Of a stretch of DNA of 64,000 bases, positions 19,204-32,918 are shown piece by piece (position 1 is the stretch's first letter; every line of letters starts with the position of its first letter). The notes beneath the pieces are model-generated. The model saw only the letters and a program-made list of their open reading frames with translations, had not been told where the DNA came from and did not search any database. The stretch comes from Eledone cirrhosa. Taxonomy: Eukaryota. Both the position numbers and the translations under genes were made by a program. The DNA is taken from NCBI GenBank assembly GCA_964016885.1, contig OZ024740.1:221464001-221528000 (forward strand). The letters are read 5' to 3'.

Positions 19204-19257
19204 GTACGCATATATATACGTATGTATATATATATATATGTATGTATGTATATCTAT

Positions 19258-19790
19258 GTCGCGTCACTTTTGAGTGCTACTGGTAACATGTAACGCAGTA
19301 GAACCTGACGCATGGTCGAGTCGTCGGCGACTAAACCGGCAACCCAACCAAGTTTACTTGGTGAGGAGGGGGATTTTGGACACCCTGCAGGACAAAAAAC
19401 GAAACCTGACAAAGGGCGGAAGAACTCATAAGAGTCAACGGCCATCCAAAAGTGTATAAATATGTATATAGACATGTACCGCGTGGTTAAACCACTGGGA
19501 GTGAAGGACCCCTAGCCTTTGTCAGGGCATTCTTCTAGGAAAAGGCAACTCAGGAAACTGGGATAACTCCGATATAAAACCTGCGGCTCTAGTTAACGGT
19601 GATGTTGATCTTTTCTTCTTTTTGGGTTATAGCTACTGTCGCTCAGAGAGTGGGATTGACTCAGTGCACAGTCTTTCCTCACTTTAAAAAATATCTTTAC
19701 GTACAGGCATTGCACGATAGAATTAATTAATAATTATTAATAATGGTATATCGTGCAATGGCCATATTCGATAACGATAGGGCAGCCATC
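19258..19790 (+). mobile_element. Non-autonomous RTE derivative, family A copy 2
   Basis: Colinear with 9080-9616; TATG flanks. Confidence 0.85.
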
Positions 19791-20304
19791 ATGTATATAT
19801 GTATGTGTGTGTGTATTTACGGCACCCCGACGTTAACAACAGTTGCTGTATATCCTGCTAGCGCATTGATTTTAATTCTTTAATTACACCAGAGATCAGT
19901 CTTTCAGAATCATCGCACACAACCTCCTAAGCATAAAGTCCAAGATAATGATACAAATATTGTTTTACGTTGTATAGGACACCTCATATGAGTGAATGAT
20001 CAGAGAGTCCCTAACAGTTGCTGTATTGTGAACTTGTATGAGGGCAATGCTTTCAGAATTGACCAAGGCTGCGGTTTAAGCATTGTATGAAGTCCTCCTT
20101 GAAAGAACTTTAAATAAGTGGGTAAATTTAAGAAAAAATGTTGTTGCTCATCAGCAATAGAAAAACGGGCAAAGGATAGTTTGAAGGCATTTTAAAAAGT
20201 TAAACAGGTACAAAGTTTGATGTAATCCTCTATACACATCCTTCGAATTAATGATCTTATGCCTATGTTGGAAATTATTGCCGTCATTATTTTCACCATG
20301 ATAG

Positions 20305-20702
20305 AGGGCGGTGTATTGGCAGTATCAGTAGACGGTCAGACGCCTGCTTTGTAGCATAGAGTTACGCCCCTTTATGATCTGAGTTCAAATCCCACCGAGG
20401 TTAACTTTGCCTTTCATCCTTACGGGGGTCGATAAAATAAAACACCAGTAACGTACTGGGGTCGATTTAATCGACTTTCCCCTCCCCCAAAATTGCTGAC
20501 CTTGTGCATATATAAGAAACCATTATTTGAGGGCGGTGGATTGGCAGTATCGGTAGAGGATCGGAAACCATGCTTTGCAGCATAGAATTACGGTCCTTTA
20601 TGGTCTGAGTTCAAATCCCGCCAAGGTTAACTTTACCTTTCATCCTTACAGGGTCGATAAAATAAAGCACCAGTAACGTACTGGGGTTGATTTAATCGAC
20701 TT
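20305..20702 (+). mobile_element. Two tandem copies of the abundant tRNA-derived SINE
   Basis: GGCGGTGGATTGGCAG head, B box GAGTTCAAATCC, core TTTCATCCTTACGGGGTCGATAAAATAAAGTACCAG, tail CCTTGTGC..AGAAAC(ATT)n. Confidence 0.85.
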
Positions 20703-21544
20703 TTTCACCATGATTCTTAGGTTATGATACAAACACGAAAATCATTTAATTTGTCCGTCTTTGTTATGTTGTCACACATACTGTGTTCTACACACCGTGA
20801 TACTCAATCTTTGATCTATATAAAGTTAATACTTTCGAAATCCGTTTCCACGTATCCTGTATACGTAAAATGAGATGACTTGGCTATATTTGTATAGTAG
20901 GTCCTTTTTGGGGTAAATTCGTGTTATGGGTCATTTTACGTTGTTTGGCAGATTTCAGATCTTTCAGTCTTGGCAGATTTAAGAGTTCCAGCTTGTACAT
21001 AAAAAATGTTAAGACGACGACGAAGACAACTTTAGCTTTTTGATGTTTTCAATCATTTATATCTTTTATTTGTTATTAATTTGTTTTCAGAATGTCTAAT
21101 TGAAGGATACAGACAAGGTCATTCATCAGTGATGAAGAATAAAAAGTAAAGAAAAACAACAAAAAATCTTTGGCTCTTTAAGCTGACATTAAATAAAAAT
21201 TATTTCTTATTATCAACTTCAGATACACCTCGTATATGGAGTCATATTGACATTAAACTGACATTTCATGAGTGATGATCTTTTATGATATATTTATCTG
21301 TTTTGGTGTTTATTTTCAGCATATTTGGTAAAGAAAATATACATTTAAACCAAGCAAACATATTAGCGAAGTGTTACGAAGATACTTTGACATATACAAA
21401 GACGACATCCACATACTAGCACACATACGCACACGCTCGGACACATACACACACGCATATATATATATATATGAAAACAGGGAGAAAGAGACGATTATTA
21501 GGAAGAAAAATATTTTTTTTTCCCTTTTTCTTTCTTTCGCTCTT

Positions 21545-21642
<98 letters not shown>

Positions 21643-22296
21643 GTGTGTGTGTGTTTGTGTGTGTGTGTAAACAACATTATAAGCAATGTTTGAACTTCCG
21701 AAGCGCTGAGGGATTATGAGGTTCCGAGAAAATGTAGGGAACTCAGACGCAGAAAATTACTGTAAACATAGTTGCTTGCAATAAATAGCTTGAACATCGG
21801 GTAAAAACTCCTTATAGAAGGAAAAGACTGGTCCGCAATCGCTACAAGGAAGCTAACCTTATAACCTTCAGATACCAGCTGACTGCACTAAGCATTGAAC
21901 TAAAGGGTTCCTGACAACAACTAACCGTCTAAATTAGAAGCCTAAAACGATGGAAGATAAGAAACAAAGTAGAGACTTGTAAGTTTTGAGGTAAATAAAA
22001 ATGTACCACTTTTGTACTGGAGTCACTTTTTCCTCTCTCTATATTTCTCACTTCCTAATTCTCTCACTTTCTATTTTTGTCTGGAAGAAATCTGCTGTGT
22101 CTAGACCTGAAGAGAGATGGGCTGCGCAAGGCTTAACATTGCCAAGAAACAGGGTATATCGTTCCAGTGAGCCTACGACCTCATCAGGTGTTACGGGAGT
22201 ATAACAAACCAACTAAATTTAGTAAGACATTTTGTGCGGCAACAATTTTTTCTATTATTCAACATTCCTTTATCTTTTATAATGTTAAATATAAAG

Positions 22297-22482
22297 TTTC
22301 TACTTTTGGTACAAGGCCAGCAATTACCCCAGTGCATTACTGGTGCTTTATTTTATCGACCCCCGTAAGGATGAAAGGCAAAGTTAAACTCGGCGGATTT
22401 GAATTCAGAACATACAAGGCCATAACTCTTTGCTTGCAAAGCATGGTGCCTGACGCTCTACTGATACTGCCAAACCACCACC
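22297..22482 (-). mobile_element. Abundant tRNA-derived SINE copy
   Basis: Reverse complement of the 20305 family. Confidence 0.8.
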
Positions 22483-22998
22483 TTTATAATGTTATATGTT
22501 AAATATAAAATGGAAAACATGAGGATGGACGTTTATACTTGGCAAGTCAAAGAAGCTACTGTAACTGTCCACATTTTACACCATTACATACCATCTGTAT
22601 CTTATATCGCACAAGTAATTAATTGCCTGTCTACATTGATCATAGTCTCTTAAATAAGTGTGTACGCGACTACGTAATCGACTACGTAATCGAACTCATT
22701 TTCTTTCATAGTTCCTAGGAGAGAAGAAGTTACAGCAGGCTGTCATATTTACAGATCCGTTTGTTCTCTAATTAAACAATGTCGATATTGTTTAATTAGA
22801 AAACTTAGTTCTAATTCGATTCCCAATTTTCTACCCAGAGGAGAATTGTTAAAGTAACATTCCTAGTCATACAAATATTTATTTGTTTCTAAAATATTGA
22901 TGAGATTTTATAGGATTTTCCAGTTGTATAGTCACGTGGGAGTTATTCTAATTATAATATACTATGAATCAAATCCCTCTTCGATTCGCTATTATCCT

Positions 22999-23131
<133 letters not shown>

Positions 23132-23319
23132 GATAGAGAGAGAGAATAAGGAAAATGTGAAGTTTGGTGTGGAAGTTAAAGAGTCCTTCTTTAACATTTA
23201 CAGCGAATTTCGCATTTTCCTTATTCTATATATACTCCGTCACCGACTGACAAATCATATTTAGAAGAAAAGAACATGACGTTGAGTGCTTGGTCCGAAT
23301 TGATTCATTATTTACTGTG

Positions 23320-23504
23320 AATTGGCAGTATCGGTAGAGGGTCGGACGCCATGCTTTGACGCATAGAGTTACGGCCTTTGCCATTCTGAGTTCAAATCCC
23401 GCCGAGGTTAACTTTGCCTTTCATCCTTACGGGGTCGATAAAATAAAAGTACCAGTAATACAGTGGGTAATTGCTGGCCTTGTGCCAAAAGTAGAAACAA
23501 TTAT
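23320..23504 (+). mobile_element. Abundant tRNA-derived SINE copy
   Basis: Same family as 20305. Confidence 0.85.
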
Positions 23505-23563
23505 TTACTGATTGGTGCGTTGCATACGCAACGCCATTTAGTCAGCATGTTTACCGTAAGTGT

Positions 23564-23611
<48 letters not shown>

Positions 23612-23614
<3 letters not shown>

Positions 23615-23833
23615 GGAAAAAGTATGACACCGACGGCAGAGCTCAAGCCGTTTCGACGGCTATTTCTAGACTAGAAATAGCCGTCCAGAAATAGTAGTCC
23701 AGAAATAGCCGTCAAAACGGCTTGAGCTCTGCCGTCGGGGTCATACTTTTTCCTATTTCCCACTCTACTACCCTAAGTATTGAGTACTTTGGTGCGTTAT
23801 GGCCCATCTGGTTCCTTACCACAATTCCTTCGT
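23612..23833 (+). mobile_element. Short (TA)n-embedded foldback element with the 3' half of a hammerhead ribozyme (PLE-like)
   Basis: Inverted arms 23612-23666 and 23700-23755; left arm on the minus strand reads GCCGTC-GAAACGGC-TTGAGCTCT-GCCGTC^; homologue at 33710-33852. Confidence 0.65.
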
Positions 23834-23841
23834 TATATATG

Positions 23842-23992
<151 letters not shown>

Positions 23993-24107
23993 GTGTATAT
24001 GTATATAACAACTAGAAATTGATTAACATATAAATAAACATATGAAACAATCACAGGGGATAATTTTTACAAGTGTGCAAAATTTATCATAATTTTGGAT
24101 ATAGATA

Positions 24108-24275
<168 letters not shown>

Positions 24276-24360
24276 TATATTTATAAAGGATAATAGCAAA
24301 TCGAAGAGGGATTTGATTCATAATATATTATAATTAGAATATATATATATATATATATAT

Positions 24361-24752
24361 ATAAGTTGTAATAAAATGAAAACGAAATTTCATTTCTCAC
24401 TCTTAGTACGGCACTTACTTAAATGTAAGAGTGAGAAATGAAATTTCGTTTTCATTTTATTACAACTTATCGTTTTCGGTATGCCTGGCCGAACTCACTC
24501 GATATGCAAATTAGGTTGCTCAGCCGTTAATTTTCATAAGGAAAGTATATACTTTCGAACGTTCAACCATCTGGCAGAAGGGTATACAGTGCTGATGATA
24601 GCTAACAAGCTTGAAACTAGTACATCGTTCCTGTGTCAGTGTTGAACAAAAAGGTGACGTGGTTGCCTTAACACCGTACGGCATAAATTCAGGCTGTTCA
24701 GTTTGTTTATAAACGAACAAAGCGGGCGTTATAATAAGAGTCCGCTAAACTG
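24361..24752 (+). mobile_element. (TA)n-embedded element with a perfect 45-bp terminal hairpin and a minimal hammerhead motif
   Basis: 24361-24405 is the reverse complement of 24426-24470; CTGATGA-TAGCTAACAAGCTT-GAAACTAGTA^ at 24592-24622. Confidence 0.6.
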
Positions 24753-24785
24753 ATGCGTGCATATATGTATGTGTACCTGTATGTA

Positions 24786-24818
<33 letters not shown>

Positions 24819-24965
24819 GCATGCTACTGTACGTCTGTATACATATATGTATGTACGTATACATACATACTTACATTTATATATATATACATACATGTGT
24901 GTATATATATATACATGTGTGTGTGTGTATATATATATTATTATTATTATTAAAGTTTGATATAT

Positions 24966-25159
24966 GGCGGTGGATTGGCAGTATCGGTAAAGGGTCAGAC
25001 ACCATGCCTTGCACCATAGAGTTACGGCCCTTTATGGTCTAAGTTCAAATCCCGCCGAGGTTAACTTTGCCTTTAACCCTTACGGGGTCGATAAAATAAA
25101 GTACCAGTAATACACTTGGATAATTGCTGGCCTTGTGCCAAAAGTAGAAACAATTATTA
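24966..25159 (+). mobile_element. Abundant tRNA-derived SINE copy
   Basis: Same family as 20305. Confidence 0.85.
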
Positions 25160-25163
25160 TTAA

Positions 25164-25876
25164 AAGATCGGATGCCACAATCAATTAATTCAGGTTTATT
25201 TAAAACTCCGTTATACATATTTCCCTGAGGACTATCAGTTATGATAGACTGAACTCTTCAGACGGCAAATCCTATAAAAACTTGAAGACATTGAAAGTTC
25301 CTAAAAAGAAAATCAATAAATTAAAAAAAAAAATCCAAAAATTTTCCATTTCTTGATATAGGGGGACGGTCGAACGTGTGGTGTTGTTTATTCAACGTAT
25401 TGATTTTGGCGGAAGTGCTGATCAGTTCCGGTCTCAAGTCACTATCGCCGGATGTTTAGTTTAGGAAGGAGATGGTTCTCACTACTACTATAACAACTAC
25501 TAACTGCCAGGGAGGAGGGAGAAATGGGCTACTAGCTGATTTCTTTACTACAACGACAACATCCGGCTATAGTGATGTGAGACCGGAACTGACCAGCAGT
25601 TCCGCCAAAATATTTAGAATCATACAAGGGCAGCCGTCGAAGAAACAACACCACACGTTCCGACGTCACCCTGTATCAAGAAAAAGAAAATTTTTTCGGG
25701 GAAGATTTTGGATTTTTTTATAATTAAAAACTTTATTTTAGGAACTATCAATCTTTTCAAATTTTAATAAGTATTGCCGTCTGAAGAGCTCAAGCTATCA
25801 TAACTGATAGTCCTCAGTAAAATATGTATAACGGAGTTTTAAATAAACCTGAATCAACTGATTATGGCCTGATCGT
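25164..25876. mobile_element. Non-autonomous DNA transposon with long imperfect TIRs and TTAA flanks (Kolobok-like MITE)
   Basis: 25164-25456 pairs imperfectly with 25558-25876; TTAA at 25160-25163 and 25877-25880; no ORF. Confidence 0.7.
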
Positions 25877-26057
25877 TTAATAATATATAATGCTATGGCT
25901 TGCAACATTTATACAAGTTGTGTACCGCTTTTTTTTTCTCTGCTTCACAACCGACTGATCCTTGTGGTCCGCACATCACATGTCGATTAACCCCATATTC
26001 TAATATATGTATATACATATATAATAATGTAATCTGAGTTTTTCGAATATTAATAAT

Positions 26058-26242
26058 TGTTTCTACTTTAGGCACAAGGCCAGCAATTACCCAGCACATT
26101 CCTGGTACTTTATTTTATCGACCCCGTAAGGATGAAAGGCAAAGTTAACCTCGGCGGGATTTGAACTCAGACTGTAAAGGGACGTAACTATGCTAGAAAA
26201 AAAGGCGTCCAACCCTCTACCGATACTGCCAATTAACCGCTC
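26058..26242 (-). mobile_element. SINE insertion with an 18-bp TSD
   Basis: TTTTCGAATATTAATAAT at 26040-26057 and 26243-26260. Confidence 0.9.
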
Positions 26243-26360
26243 TTTTCGAATATTAATAATAACATTCGATTCGTTTGCAATTATGCAAACATGCCTCAAT
26301 TTTATAGCTATGTCAGTAGAATGAACACTTCATTCTTGCTCTTGTGTTGGCATGCCAACA

Positions 26361-26410
26361 GAACTGCAGACACTAATGTTTCTGGGTATCACCCTTCATC
26401 AGTACAGTTC
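26361..26410 (-). ncRNA. Type I hammerhead ribozyme
   Basis: GAACUGUA-CUGAUGA-A GGG UGAUA CCC A-GAA-ACA UUAG UGU-C^-UGCAGUUC: 8-bp stem I, intact core, GUC cleavage triplet. Confidence 0.85.
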
Positions 26411-26756
26411 ACTGTTCACCTGCCAAACTGTCAGAGCTAGTGAAAATATATGCTATTTTCAAAAATACACAATAACTGATCGGCCTGATTTGCATATTAG
26501 CAGACTGGCTGATCAGTCAGATCTGCATATTAGCAGATCCACTGATCAGCCAGATTTGCATATCAGCTGACTGGCCGGTCAGTTTCCTGTACACGAGCGA
26601 TAAATGGCCGGATTTGCCAAATTCAAAGATCTGCTAATATGCAGATCTGACTGATCACCCAGTCTGCTAACAAGCAAATCAGGCCGATCAATCACTGTGT
26701 ATTTTTGAAAATAGCATATATTTTCACTAGCTCTGACAGTTTGGCAGGTGAACAGT

Positions 26757-26806
26757 GATCTGTACTGATGAAGGGTGATACCCAGAAACATGAGTATCTG
26801 CAGTTC
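26757..26806 (+). ncRNA. Type I hammerhead ribozyme, inverted-arm copy (stem III mismatch, AUC triplet)
   Basis: CTGTA-CTGATGA-AGGGTGATACCCA-GAAACATGAGTATC^-TGCAG. Confidence 0.7.
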
Positions 26807-26968
26807 TGTTGGCATGCCAACATAAGAGCAAGAATGAAGTATTCATTCTACTGACATGGCTTTATAATTGATGCTTGTTCGTATAGTTGCAAACAAATCG
26901 AATGTTATTATTAATATTCGAAAAACTCAGATTACATTTATTTTATTCAGCCATGTAGAGCGAAATTT

Positions 26969-27034
<66 letters not shown>

Positions 27035-27818
27035 TATGTATATGTATATATATATGGAGAGAGAGTTTGATATTTACACACATACATTCACATATGCACA
27101 CAAACACACACACACATACACATATATATTCGGATTCAATATATTTTCATTCATTGACGTATAATAAAGTCTTAGAATCATAGTCTTCTTTCACATACTA
27201 AATAAAATAACGATATACATTACTCTGCTGGCATGTAATTTGTGAGGCAAAAAAAGAATTTTTACAAATTCACTGGACCTGCTAGAAATAACAGCAAAAT
27301 GTCCCCGAATTGGCATCCTAGTGTCCAAAATAAGAAAATAATGCATTTTATAACACACACACTTAGATACTTATACTAAGGTAGGGTGGTTACAGCCGAA
27401 ATGTCTTCGATAATATAGCTGTTCATTCAGGGCTGGCCTAGGGCTAAACACCGACAGTAATATCAAAATCTACTACAGTACGTAGATGGTTTTTTCGCAT
27501 GTACGATGCTATTTACTTATGGCATCGCTTGATAAAATAGATTTGTTTGTGTAAAGCATTAAATCAATCTTGATGTAGTAGCTGTCTTGCAATTTATTTC
27601 TCTTTCTTGACTCTTAACTCCTGATGGAGTCGTAGAAACACCGTCTTGGCACATGACGTGTTTTGGGCATTTAAAACCTAGTGGTGGAAGCGGGACCCAT
27701 CCATCTCCAGGTCAGAACACAGCCGATTTCTTTCAGAGAGAGAGAGTGTGTGTGTGTGAGAGAGAAATAGTGAGGGAGAGAGAGTGTGTGGTAGCGATTG
27801 TAAGAAAGAGTGAAAGAG

Positions 27819-27907
<89 letters not shown>

Positions 27908-28360
27908 GTGAGTGAGTAAGTGAGAGGAAGAGTCGACCCCAGTACTGGGTTGGTACTTTATTTACTGACCTCAAAAAGATGAAACCGCAGTTGACATCGG
28001 TGGGATATAAACTATGAGCCACAACCAATACAAGAAGATTCAATACTAATTCGCCGCATTTTGTTATATACTACATGTCTCGTATACATAGAGCAACAGT
28101 TAATGGTGTCCTGCTTAGTGGATATTTGATGTATTAGTTACCTTTGAATTGACTTAAGGAGAAATTCAAAATGTTTATGACCATGGGCCTTTGCAAGGAA
28201 ACTAAAGAGCTAAGGAAAGCGTTGGAGTATCGGCCTTTTAGCTTCCACAGTTTACCATAGATTTTCAAGAGTACACACACTCTCACACATAAGCACGCAC
28301 GTATGTATGTATGTATGTATGTATGTATGTATGTATGTATGTATGTATGTATGTATGTAT

Positions 28361-28950
28361 GTCGGGTTACTCTTGAGTGCTACTGGTAACATGTAACTCA
28401 GTACAATCTGTCGCATGGTCGGGTCGTCGGCGACTAAACCGGCAACTCCACCAAGTTTACTTCGTGAGGAGGGTGATTTTGGGCACTCTGCAGGACAAAA
28501 AACAAAACCTGACAAAGGGCGGAAGAACTGATAAGAGTCAACGGCCATCCAAAAATGTGTAAATATGTATGTAAATGTGTATATATGTATGTATATATGT
28601 CTATGCATATGTATGTATATGCGCGGTGACATAGAAATAGTTGGGCTGGACACCCGGGAGTGAAGGACCCCTAGCCTTTGTCAGGGCATTCTTCTAGGAG
28701 AAGACAACTCAGGAAACTGGAATAACTCCGACATAAAACCTGCGGTTCAGTAGTTACCGATGATGTTGATCTTTTCTTCTTTTCGGGTTATAGCTACTGT
28801 CGCTCAGAGAGTGGGATTGGCTCAGTGCACAGTCTTTCCTCACTTTAAAAAATATCTTCACGCACAGGCATTGCACGATAGAATTAATTAATAATTATTA
28901 ATAATGATATATCGTGCAATGGTCATACTCGATAACGAGGGGCAGCCATC
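28361..28950 (+). mobile_element. Non-autonomous RTE derivative, family A copy 3
   Basis: Colinear with 9080-9616; (TATG)n on both sides. Confidence 0.88.
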
Positions 28951-29093
28951 ATGTATGTATCATGTATGTATGCGTGTGTATGTATGTATGTATGTATGTA
29001 TGTATGTATGCATGTATGTATGTATGTATGTATGTATGTGTATGTGTGTATGTATGTGTGTGTATGTGTGTGTGTGTGTGTGTGTGTGCGTAA

Positions 29094-29860
<767 letters not shown>

Positions 29861-29967
29861 GATCCCAGAAAGTATGGGGATGAAAGTAAAGCCTGTAAAA
29901 CCTTTATTTATGTATTCTGCTACTTTTGTTAACTCTTATAATATTTAGTCAACCTATTAATATATAT

Positions 29968-30237
29968 GGAGGCCTAGTGGTAAGGGTGTTAGACTTACGA
30001 GCATAATGTAGTTTCGATTCCTGGGTTGCGTGTTGTGTTCTTGAGCAAAACATTTCATTTACCGTTTCTTCAGTATACTCAGCTGGAAATGAGTACCAGC
30101 AACATCTGGGAGTTTAACCCTGCGATGGACTGGCGTCCTGTCCAGGGGGAGTCTTGTACTCTCAGTCGCTTCACGCCATGAAACCGGGATAAGTACCGGC
30201 CAAATGAGCCTTCTGGCTTAAGACAGACTTTAAACTT
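29968..30237 (+). mobile_element. tRNA-derived SINE with Meta-like domain, copy 2
   Basis: Colinear with 1853-2136. Confidence 0.75.
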
Positions 30238-30244
30238 AGATTAA

Positions 30245-32918
30245 TATATATACATAGAATATTTATAGCATGATCTTTGAAACCTACAAATCCTCCATAG
30301 GGGATTAAGTAAAAATTATAGAAGAACAATCCAGGAGAATTTAATAGAGATCAATAGTCAGGGTAAACATCTGGTTGAACAATTAGATCTTGATAAGTAC
30401 ATTGAACAGTATACATCGTAAACCTCTACGGTCACTCTTTTAAGGGCCATAACATAACTTTAAAAACAACCCGTCTATCAGGCTAATAGGCCCTACAACT
30501 TCAGACGTGGGTAGAATTAGCCCGACCACCAGTAAAAAGGTAACCCATAACTTATGGGGAACACCAATAAAGTAATTAATTGGTTTAGCTACATCGATAG
30601 GAAAACTGATACTAAATTTGTCTAGTTTGATATAGACCCCTATTATGCTTCTATCTATCCTGACCTAGTAAAGAAAGCTCTTAGAATGGCCAAGAAATAC
30701 ACCAGTATCACTAATATAGAAATAGATATTATCTTGGCCGCTAAATGTACTATAATAGAATGGTAGCCGCTGGACAAGGAATAATTGCCCAAATAACTTC
30801 GCTATTATTACAGAGTCGAGTGACTGCGCACGTCACCGACTTAGTTGGGCTATTCCTGCTTAACAATTTAATTAAGGAATTCCCCGCTATGAAAGGTGGC
30901 ATATACAGAGATGATTCTCTATTTTCCATTATAAATATTAACAGCTCAGGGCTCGAAAGGATTTCAAATTGTATAATTTATGTTTAACCATAGATAATAG
31001 CACTAGGGTAGTGAACATCTTAGATGTTACATTAGACCCAGACACGGAATTTTATAGACCTTACCACAAGTCTGGTGAGTCCCTCTACTATATATATAGG
31101 AACTTAAACCATCCGAAAGATATTATCAGATATGCCATTAAAACTGTATCGGGAAGGATCTCCAGACTTTCTGATAATGAGCAGATTTTTTACCTTGATG
31201 CTCAACACTACAATGAAGCCCTTGCGAGATCAGGCAATACTGAGATGATGTACTTCAACCCAGACATTTACACTTCTAGAAGCATCATAACATACAATAA
31301 TAGCCATAGGGTTCGTAGCAACAATAGCTTTACTAATGGATCTGGGAAATTAATAAAAACCATTAAAGACCCTACAATAAAGGTAGCTCTAACGCCAATA
31401 AGGTCAAACCAAACAGACTTCAGTCGATTTCCCTAATACTAAGCATTCGATTAGAAATATGAACCATAGTTTAAGCACTAGTCTCCCTCTTTTTAAACCT
31501 AATATATATAGCGAACTATAGAAATGTAGATAGCATCCCAGACCACTACCACAATACTCCTAATAATAGTCGTGTCCCGCATATCGATAACCTGCAAAAT
31601 CCGCTAGTTTAAAAAAGAGAATAATAGAAGAAAAAAGGCACCCAATTCAACCTTCCATACGGAATCCAAATAGATTTTAATATTCCAAAGCTATTCTTTG
31701 GCATAGTTGAGAGAAACGTCCCAGTAGATCACAAATATTATAAAATACAAAAGCACCGTTAAACTATCATTCTCGACTACACGTAGTCTAGCAGACTTTC
31801 TAGCACTCAATAATAATTTAAAAAAATTGAATGTACGAATCTAAGCGAGCTACTCTGGTTAATCATGTTACCTAAACAAGCTCCCCGGCATTTCAGATAG
31901 TGGGCCTACTAATAGTGAGACGGCCATTAATAATCTAATTAGTGAAATTGATAATTTAGCATGTCTGCCTACTAATGGATTAGTAGATCATACTATAACT
32001 GAATGTAATACATTCAATAGTAGTCACCACGTTGGAAGGGACTGCAATTGTTGGGTCCGTGGTTCTTGCTCCCTTGGGGGACATTGCCTAAAACGCAACG
32101 TGTTATATAAATGTGAGGTCTCCACCAATACAAACACTTATGATTACATAGGAGCCTCTATTCGCTTCAAGGCGAGATGCTACTAGCATATCCACTCCTT
32201 TAAGTACGAAAACCTAAGGCACACTACTTCTCTAGCTAAATTGGTATTAGACTTAAAAAGTAAAAATATAAAATACACCCTTCAATGAGATTTAGTTAAC
32301 TCTGGGAAACCTTGTGCATGACGGAAATATTGTGATCTTTGTTTGACAGAGGTACTGGAAATAGGCACATCAAATATCGCCCTGATAAACTCCAAGAAAA
32401 AAGGTTATTCCTTCTTGTAACCAGAACATTTTTCAATCGTTCTACACTCGATATTCGAACTGACCTGAATGCAATTCTGAGGACATATATTCGATAGGGA
32501 TCAATATATAGGGTAATTCTGATCTCTCCTAATGCCCCACACCTAACTGTCACCCTTGTCCGATACTTTAACATTTTGGTCTCTTACGAGTAATCGATGG
32601 TCCCATTAATAACCTATATTTTTTATTTAAACTTGATCTTTTCGTTTTATTTTTATTTTTATTATTATTGTTATTTTTTTTATTTTGGTTACCTTAACTT
32701 ATTTGATTACTACCCCTAATTAGACTCTAAGCGTGGTTATCCCCCTTTAACCTCAAGTCGTCTCTAGGTCACCATGCAATATTTACACCGATATAGACAA
32801 CTAACATGCAAAACAGAAAGTAATATCTTGTTAATGTTAATTTAGATATGTTTATAGATCCTGATGTAGCACGGCGAACATATGCCGGTCAATTAAATGT
32901 ACAATTAACAGCTTTGGT

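Larger units (their letters stand above)
26026..26975. mobile_element. Foldback element with a hammerhead ribozyme in each inverted arm, between (TA)n tracts; left arm interrupted by a SINE
   Basis: Arms 26026-26538 (minus the SINE) and 26628-26938 are reverse complements; second copy at 32981-33693. Confidence 0.85.

Noticed and set aside
21080-21335. Possible small host exons (TTTTCAG acceptors at about 21085 and 21315; donor CAG|GTAAGC at 1265)
   Set aside because: No coherent reading frame or recognisable protein; such signals are common in AT-rich DNA
27620-27650. CTGATGGAGTCGTAGAAACACCGTC as a hammerhead
   Set aside because: No stem II or stem I, and not conserved in the two homologues
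32040-32345. In-frame TGA codons in the PLE endonuclease as selenocysteine (described in some Naiad PLEs)
   Set aside because: The Cys motifs use TGY. One TGA falls at an expected Trp and the other outside the Cys motifs, in a copy that also has TAG stops and frameshifts
32858-32892. Degenerate HHR at the PLE 3' end (also 34022-34055 minus)
   Set aside because: Position is plausible, but core nucleotides are mutated (CTGATGTA..GAAC; CTACAGAA..GACAC); too weak to call
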